This document shows positions 58,112 through 64,000 of a stretch of DNA of 64,000 nt, piece after piece. Within the stretch, counting starts at the first letter, position 1, and each line of letters starts with the position of its first letter. The position numbers and the translations under genes are program-made. Below the pieces are notes generated by a model. The model made no database searches, was not told the DNA's origin, and was given only the letters and a program-made list of their open reading frames with translations. This DNA is from an uncultured Verrucomicrobiae bacterium (lineage in GTDB: Bacteria > Verrucomicrobiota > Verrucomicrobiia > Palsa-1439): assembly GCA_963812605.1 (NCBI GenBank), contig CAWEWF010000001.1, positions 448,001-512,000 on the forward strand, written 5' to 3'.

Positions 58112-60064
58112 ATGAAAACGATCTTCGATCAGTCTGAGTGCCAGAATCTTAAGAACGCGCTCGGCAAGGAGTGGTTGGAAACCAACGGCCTTGGCGGGTT
58201 TGCTTCTTCCACGATCATCGGCGCCAATACGCGACGGCAGCACGGGCTGTTGATTGCGTCGCAGCGGCCGCCGGTGGAGCGGTACGTGTTGCTCGCGAAA
58301 TTCGAGGAGCGCGTGGCGACCGATGGACACGAATCCTCGATTTCCACGAACCTTTATCCCGGCACGATCTTCCCGCACGGTTTCAATATCCAGATGGAGT
58401 TTCGGCTGCGTCCGTGGCCCACTTTCCGGTACGCGGACCACGATTTTGAAATTGAGAAGAGCGTGCTTCTCGTGCAAGGGGAGAACACGGTGGTGGTCAG
58501 CTATCGCAACTTGCGATCGCGCGTGCCGATCGAGTTGAAGCTGCGGCCGCTGCTGGCGTTTCGCGATTACAATGCGCTCGCCGAGCGCGATGAGAAGGTC
58601 AACCGTGCGTTCGAGCGCAGTAACGGCACGATCTCCGTGCAGCCGTACGCCAATCTGCCGCGGCTGTACTTCTACACGAAGCCCGACGCGGTGGACGCGA
58701 AGGCGGATTGGTACCTTGATTTTACGTACCCGGTGGAGCAGGAGCGCGGCCTGGATTTCCAGGAGGACTTGTTTACGCCATTCGAGTTGTCGTATCGGCT
58801 GACCAAGGGGCAGACGATTTATCTCGTCGTTTCGACGGAGAAAAAGAACGCGGTCAATGCGGAAGACCTCGTCGCGGGCGAACGAGAGCGGCGCAAGGAG
58901 TTCGAGCGCGTGCACGACACGTGGCGGCAGCCGCTGATCATTGCGGCGAATTCGTTTGTGGCGCGGCGCGGGAAGGACAACCTGACGGTGATGGCCGGCT
59001 ACCCGTGGTTTACGGATTGGGGCCGCGACACGATGATTGCCCTGCCGGGACTGATGCTGACGTCCGAGCGGTTCGATATCGCGCGCAAGATTTTGCTCAC
59101 GTTCGCCCAATACTGCGACAAGGGAATGATCCCGAATGTTTTCCCCAACGCGGGCGAAGAGCCGCAGTACAACACGGTGGATGCATCGCTTTGGTTTGTG
59201 GTTTCCGGCTGGAAGTACTGGAAAGCGAGCGGGGATGACGAAGGCGCGAAGCAATTGCTGCCGGCATTGAGGGAGGTCGTCAAGTATTACAAGGAAGGCA
59301 CGCGTTTTGACATTCGCGCAGACGACGACGGCCTGATAACGGCGGGGACGCCCGGCACGCAGTTGACATGGATGGATGTGAAGGTGGACGGTTACGTGCC
59401 GACACCGCGCCACGGCAAACCGGTCGAGGTCAACGCGCTTTGGCTGAATGCGGTGCTCATGCTGGCGGAGATGGAGGAGAAACTGGGGCAGAACATTCAC
59501 GGCGCCGTGGTCCTCCGGAAACTCGCGGACCAGGTCGCGGGGAATTTCGTCAAGGCGTTCTGGTTCCGTGACGGCAATTACCTCTACGACGTGATCCAGG
59601 GAGATTTTCGTGATCCGAGCGTGCGGCCCAACCAAATCTTCGCCGTCAGCCTGCCGTACTCGCCGCTGGACAAGACGCAACAGAAGGCGGTGCTCGATAT
59701 CGTGACGGAGCAGTTGCTGACGCCTTACGGGTTGCGGACATTGACACCGAAGAGCGACAAGTATTGCCCGAAGTACACGGGCAACCAGTGGCAGCGCGAT
59801 TGCGCGTATCATCAGGGGACGGTTTGGCCGTGGCTCATCGGGCCGTATTGCGACGCGTACGCAAAGGTGAATGGCGCCGGCAAGACGCAACGCAAGGAAA
59901 TCGGCAGGATCATCCAACCATTGCTGGACCACATGCAGGAAGCGGGTTTGGGTTCTATCGCGGAAATTTTCGACGGCAGTGCGCCGCATCGGCCCGTCGG
60001 TTGTTTCGCGCAGGCGTGGAGCGTGAGCGAAGTGTTGCGCACCTACGACACCTATGTGCGATGA
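58112..60064 (+). CDS. Glycogen debranching enzyme (amylo-alpha-1,6-glucosidase)
   Basis: EWLETNGLGGFAS, AGYPWFTDWGRDTMI, YNTVDASLW, YHQGTVWPW, AQAWSV. Confidence 0.94.
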   Translation: MKTIFDQSECQNLKNALGKEWLETNGLGGFASSTIIGANTRRQHGLLIASQRPPVERYVLLAKFEERVATDGHESSISTNLYPGTIFPHGFNIQMEFRLRPWPTFRYADHDFEIEKSVLLVQGENTVVVSYRNLRSRVPIELKLRPLLAFRDYNALAERDEKVNRAFERSNGTISVQPYANLPRLYFYTKPDAVDAKADWYLDFTYPVEQERGLDFQEDLFTPFELSYRLTKGQTIYLVVSTEKKNAVNAEDLVAGERERRKEFERVHDTWRQPLIIAANSFVARRGKDNLTVMAGYPWFTDWGRDTMIALPGLMLTSERFDIARKILLTFAQYCDKGMIPNVFPNAGEEPQYNTVDASLWFVVSGWKYWKASGDDEGAKQLLPALREVVKYYKEGTRFDIRADDDGLITAGTPGTQLTWMDVKVDGYVPTPRHGKPVEVNALWLNAVLMLAEMEEKLGQNIHGAVVLRKLADQVAGNFVKAFWFRDGNYLYDVIQGDFRDPSVRPNQIFAVSLPYSPLDKTQQKAVLDIVTEQLLTPYGLRTLTPKSDKYCPKYTGNQWQRDCAYHQGTVWPWLIGPYCDAYAKVNGAGKTQRKEIGRIIQPLLDHMQEAGLGSIAEIFDGSAPHRPVGCFAQAWSVSEVLRTYDTYVR

Positions 60065-60076
60065 TCGTTGGCAATT

Positions 60077-60715
60077 ATGAAAATCTACGACATCAGCGTG
60101 TTGGTGTGCGAAGGGATGCCGACGTGGCCCGGCGATCCTGAATTGAAAATGAGCCTGGCCAGCAGCATTGCGCGGGGAGACGCGGCCAACGTCACGCACC
60201 TCGACATGGGAGCGCACACGGGAACGCATCTGGACGCGCCGTTTCATTTTGTTCCCGACGGCCCGGGCATTGAGCAGCTCCCTTTGGAAACTCTCCTGGG
60301 TCCGTGCCGGGTCTTCGATCTGACGGATGTCGACGGCAATATCACGGCGGCGGCGTTGGAAAAAGGCGATTGGCGGGGCGTGACGCGGGCGCTGTTCAAA
60401 ACGCGGAACTCGCGGCATTGGGCGAAGGACGAACATGAATTCGACAAAGAGTTTTGCGCACTGGCCGCGGACAGCGCGGGGTATTTGATCGAGAAGGGAG
60501 TGGAACTGGTGGGGGTCGATTATCTGTCGGTGGAAGCTTTCGGCAGCAAGAAGCATCCGGTCCATGAAATTTTGCTGGGGATGGGCGTAGTGATCGTTGA
60601 GAGCTTGAATTTGTCAGAAATTCCCGCCGGAGATTATGAATTGATTGCGCTGCCGGTGAAACTGAAAGGCGCGGATGGCGCGCCGGCGCGGGTGGTGTTA
60701 CGGACGTTGACGTGA
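60077..60715 (+). CDS. Cyclase family protein (kynurenine formamidase-like)
   Basis: HTGTHLDAP.H, GVDYLSV, ADGAPARVVL. Confidence 0.92.
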   Translation: MKIYDISVLVCEGMPTWPGDPELKMSLASSIARGDAANVTHLDMGAHTGTHLDAPFHFVPDGPGIEQLPLETLLGPCRVFDLTDVDGNITAAALEKGDWRGVTRALFKTRNSRHWAKDEHEFDKEFCALAADSAGYLIEKGVELVGVDYLSVEAFGSKKHPVHEILLGMGVVIVESLNLSEIPAGDYELIALPVKLKGADGAPARVVLRTLT

Positions 60716-61083
60716 TTTCTAACAACCCGACAGCAGCGCGAGGTTCTTCATCCCGGCGCCGCGCGGCGCTCAACGCGGTCGGAGCTCTCCTCCTGCTTCT
60801 GGGAATCGCCGGCGCCGGCGTTGTTTACACAATCGGACAAACCCATTCAGCGGGGCAGACAGCCGGCGGGGATGGCAGTTGTCAGGACGGCTCGCTGTCG
60901 CCCACGGACTCGAAGAGCTTTTCGCACGATGTGCAAATGAACAATGGAGTGGCCGGGGTCCTGGTGATGAAGTGGTGGGACCTACGCGACAAGTTGAAAC
61001 GCCCCGGATCGATGGCCATCATGATTGCCGCAGGTTCAGCGGTAGTGGCGTGCGGATGTTTCCTGGCGGCGAAGCGGGGGTGA
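60712..61083 (+). CDS. Hypothetical two-TM membrane protein
   Basis: GTG overlaps the cyclase stop; hydrophobic segments at both ends. Confidence 0.65.
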   Translation: MISNNPTAARGSSSRRRAALNAVGALLLLLGIAGAGVVYTIGQTHSAGQTAGGDGSCQDGSLSPTDSKSFSHDVQMNNGVAGVLVMKWWDLRDKLKRPGSMAIMIAAGSAVVACGCFLAAKRG

Positions 61084-61094
61084 ACAAGCTTGTT

Positions 61095-61747
61095 GGTAGG
61101 GACGGCTGTCACAGCCGTCCGCTGGCATGAATGAAACAATTTCGGACGGCTCGGAGAGCCGTCCCTACCGCGAATTTGCGTAGCCGGTAGAATGCGGATT
61201 TGCTACTGTCACACGTCATGACGCTCGCCAGGCGCAAGACGCTCCCTCATGCACTGCCGCCACACGTTGAACCTAACGACACCATTTTCTTCCTGACGAT
61301 CTGTTGTGAACCTCGCGGCAAGAATCATCTTTGCAATCCGCACAGTGCTTCTGCGCTCTTTGACGCCACCGCTATTTATCATGAGCGAGGTAAATGGTGG
61401 ATGTATTTTTTGCTTTTGATGCCGGATCATCTACACGCACTCGTCTCATTCCCGGGCGACAACACAATGCCGAAGGTGGTGGCCGCATGGAAGAGGCACG
61501 CGGCGCGTACTCAACGCATACTCTGGCAACGAGGATTCTTCGATCATCGGTTGCGCCATGACGAAAGCCTGCGCAACAAAGAAGATTACATTCGGCAAAA
61601 CCCGGTGCGGGCGGGATTGATCGGGCAAGGCGAGAGGTGGTTGTATGTATGGCAGCCATTGTCGCACGATTGATAAGAAACAGGCGTCCCGTGACTGTTC
61701 GATATAGTTCTGTTGATCAGCGGACGGCTCGGAGAGCCGTCCCTACC
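61095..61747. repeat. GTAG REPs flanking a RAYT gene (REPtron-like locus)
   Basis: GGTAGGGACGGCTGTCACAGCCGTCCG (61095-61121) is inverted relative to CGGACGGCTCGGAGAGCCGTCCCTACC (61143-61169), which recurs identically at 61721-61747. Confidence 0.88.
61218..61673 (+). CDS. REP-associated tyrosine transposase (RAYT/TnpA-REP)
   Basis: FFLTIC, LMPDHLH (HUH), WQRGFFDHRLR, YIRQNPVRAGL. Confidence 0.92.
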   Translation: MTLARRKTLPHALPPHVEPNDTIFFLTICCEPRGKNHLCNPHSASALFDATAIYHERGKWWMYFLLLMPDHLHALVSFPGDNTMPKVVAAWKRHAARTQRILWQRGFFDHRLRHDESLRNKEDYIRQNPVRAGLIGQGERWLYVWQPLSHD

Positions 61748-61838
61748 AACGGCAAAGAACCAACGGCATGAATTGAATTGAGATGTCCCTGGAGTTGGAG
61801 CTTGATTGTTGCCCGGCGTTTCTTAAGTATCTTTGGAC

Positions 61839-62621
61839 ATGCAACCCAACGTGACTTCTTTGGCGGGGAGATGCGGAATCGTTTTTGGAGTGGCCAGCAA
61901 GCGTTCGATCGCCTGGGCGATTGCGCAGGCGTGGCATGACGCCGGGGCGAAATTGGCGTTTACCTACCAGGGCGAGCGGCTGAAGGAAAACGTCGAGGAG
62001 TTGGTGTCCAGTTTTGGGGAGCGCACGCCGATGTATCCCTGTGATGTGACCAAGGATGAGGATCTCGCGCGGGTCTTCGAGCAAGTGGGGAAGGATTTCG
62101 GAAAACTCCATGTCTTGCTGCATTCGGTGGCTTACGCGCCCAAAGAAGCGCTGGAGGGCCAATTCCTCGATACCTCGCGCGAAGCTTTCCGGGTCGCCCA
62201 CGATGTCAGCGCCTATTCGTTGGTGGCAATGGCGCGGGGGGCGGCGCCGTTGATGACGGAGGGAGGGTCGATCCTGGCGATGACATATCACGGATCGGTC
62301 AAAGTGGTGCCGCACTATAATGTGATGGGGGTGGCGAAGGCTTCGCTGGAAGCTTCCGTTCGCTATCTGGCCTACGATTTGGGGCCGAGGAAAATCCGGG
62401 TGAACGCGATTAGCGCGGGCCCGGTCAATACGCTGGCCGCCCGCGGTATTTCGGGTTTCACGCAGATGCTCAAGCACCACGAAGAGCGTGCACCGCTCAA
62501 GAGAAACCTTGATCCCAAGGAACTGGGTGCTACAGGATTGTTTTTGGCAAGTGATATGTCCACGGCGACGACCGGGCAGGTCATTTACGTGGATTGTGGC
62601 TATGAAATCATGGGAATGTAG
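61839..62621 (+). CDS. fabI: Enoyl-ACP reductase
   Basis: GVASKRSIAWAIA, HDVSAYSL, YNVMGVAKASLE, NAISAGPV.TLAA. Confidence 0.96.
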   Translation: MQPNVTSLAGRCGIVFGVASKRSIAWAIAQAWHDAGAKLAFTYQGERLKENVEELVSSFGERTPMYPCDVTKDEDLARVFEQVGKDFGKLHVLLHSVAYAPKEALEGQFLDTSREAFRVAHDVSAYSLVAMARGAAPLMTEGGSILAMTYHGSVKVVPHYNVMGVAKASLEASVRYLAYDLGPRKIRVNAISAGPVNTLAARGISGFTQMLKHHEERAPLKRNLDPKELGATGLFLASDMSTATTGQVIYVDCGYEIMGM

Positions 62622-63024
62622 TGATTTGTTTTGATAATGGCCTCCAGGCCAGCCACATACGTATTTTTTCTTGATTTCCGGATCGCTTCAATCGCTGGTT
62701 TGTCTATCCGGCCCCGCGCCCAGGTAGCCTCTCGGCTGGTTACAGATTTTTGTGGCGGAGATTTTGCCCTTCGTAACATGTCCAGTTCGGAATTCCTGTC
62801 ATGTCAGTGGCAATTTGTAACACGGGTTACCATTGGGCGTTGCACCTTGACAAATAAGCTGCCGGGGCCTATGAACATGTTCACTTTACACTTTACCAGG
62901 CGTGATTTACGGCTTTCCTTTGGCTTGGAAGGTGCTTAATGTAAGTGCGGACGCCGCCGATATCGCGGTGTCTGGGGTCAAGGTGTTGGCCTGACAGGTT
63001 TACATGTCGGGAGTCGTACTGGAC

Positions 63025-64000
63025 ATGCCAAGAGCGAAGATACTCGTAGTTGACCAAGACATCTCCTGGACCCTTAGGTTGTCGGATCTCCTCATTCAGG
63101 ACGAATGTGAGATGTTTTCGGCGAACTCGGTCCAGGATGCCATGCTGCTTCTTGACGCTCGGAGCATCGACATTGTCATTGCTGAAATCAATATGTCGGG
63201 AACGGACGGCACAGCGTTTCTGGAGCAGATGCGCCAGGTTTTCCCGGAAACCACCGTTATCGTCCACACCGCCAAGGCATCAGTGGAACAGGCCGTTCGG
63301 GCCACCAAATTGGGAATCTTCGATTACCTCCAAAAATCGGAAGATCCCGCGGCACTCACAACGCTACGAGAACGTGTCGGGCAAGTGGTACGGGAAATTG
63401 GGACGCTCGTGCGAACCTCCGTGGTGGACCCCCGAACCCGGGGGCTGCTCGCCGCGCCGGTACAAGGCTTCTACGGGATCATCAGCCAGAACCCGCAGAT
63501 GCGCGACATTTTCGAGTTGATCCAAACCATCGCGGATTCCTACGCCAACGTGCTGATCCACGGAGAAACCGGAACCGGCAAGGAACTCGTGGCCCGCGCC
63601 ATTCATGAGGCGAGCGGCCGTCACGGGAAACCGTTCGTCACGCTCGATTGCACCGCGCTGGCGCGCGAGCTCTTGGAAAGCGAGTTGTTCGGCCACGAAA
63701 AGGGCGCTTTTACGGGCGCGGTGGATCGTCACGTTGGCCGCTTCGAGCGGGCCAATGCGGGAACACTTTTTCTGGACGAAGTCGCCACCATCAACCTCAA
63801 CGTGCAAGCCAAGCTGTTACGGGTCTTGCAGACGCGCACGTTCGAGCGCGTGGGCGGTTCCAAGTCGATCTCGGTGGATGTGCGCATCATTGCGGCAACG
63901 AATCGCCCGCTGGAAACGTGCGTGGCGGAAGGAATTTTTCGCGAAGACTTATATCATCGGCTCAATGTCGTGCAGATCGAGTTGCCACCGTTGCGCGAGC
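63025..64000 (+). CDS. Sigma-54-dependent (NtrC-family) activator with receiver-like domain; runs off the right edge
   Basis: Manual translation: MPRAKILVVDQD...DIVIAEINM...GETGTGKELVARAIH...ELFGHEKGAFTGA...LFLDE; alternative ATG at 63004. Confidence 0.92.
   Translation, partial: MPRAKILVVDQDISWTLRLSDLLIQDECEMFSANSVQDAMLLLDARSIDIVIAEINMSGTDGTAFLEQMRQVFPETTVIVHTAKASVEQAVRATKLGIFDYLQKSEDPAALTTLRERVGQVVREIGTLVRTSVVDPRTRGLLAAPVQGFYGIISQNPQMRDIFELIQTIADSYANVLIHGETGTGKELVARAIHEASGRHGKPFVTLDCTALARELLESELFGHEKGAFTGAVDRHVGRFERANAGTLFLDEVATINLNVQAKLLRVLQTRTFERVGGSKSISVDVRIIAATNRPLETCVAEGIFREDLYHRLNVVQIELPPLRE

Noticed and set aside
5553-60565. Long antisense ORFs (e.g. 5553-6857, 9096-11480, 15700-17430, 52245-54173, 57917-60565)
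   Set aside because: Shadow frames of GC-biased genes on the opposite strand; no recognisable motifs

Overview
GC-rich bacterial chromosomal window, probably Verrucomicrobiota/PVC (inferred from a C-terminal FYRV-type sorting motif and gene style). Housekeeping genes include rph, trxA, leuD, folB, hpf, cydAB, sppA, iorAB-like, a glycogen debranching enzyme, fabI and tRNA-Arg(CCT). Several accessory loci are interspersed. (1) A Y1/HUH transposase bounded by 24-bp terminal inverted repeats truncates an isocitrate dehydrogenase gene next to a host sequence that mimics the element end. (2) An orphan GspE/PilB ATPase carries a signal peptide and membrane anchor and is coupled to a CvpA-like gene. 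(3) A ~4.5-kb integrative element duplicates the 5' half, not the usual 3' half, of tRNA-Arg. (4) A ~16-kb candidate lipid/polyketide cluster combines HpnK/HpnA/HpnI-like genes, a fused KS-CLF, ACP, flavin halogenase, acyltransferase, LolA, FabZ, AMP-ligase, antiporter and an orphan HydE-like radical SAM; it is split by a nuclease/toxin-antitoxin insert. (5) A REP-flanked RAYT and many dispersed REP-like palindromes are present. Several single-base frameshifts suggest consensus indel errors, so pseudogene calls are tentative. All product calls come from motif recognition by eye; no database searches were run.
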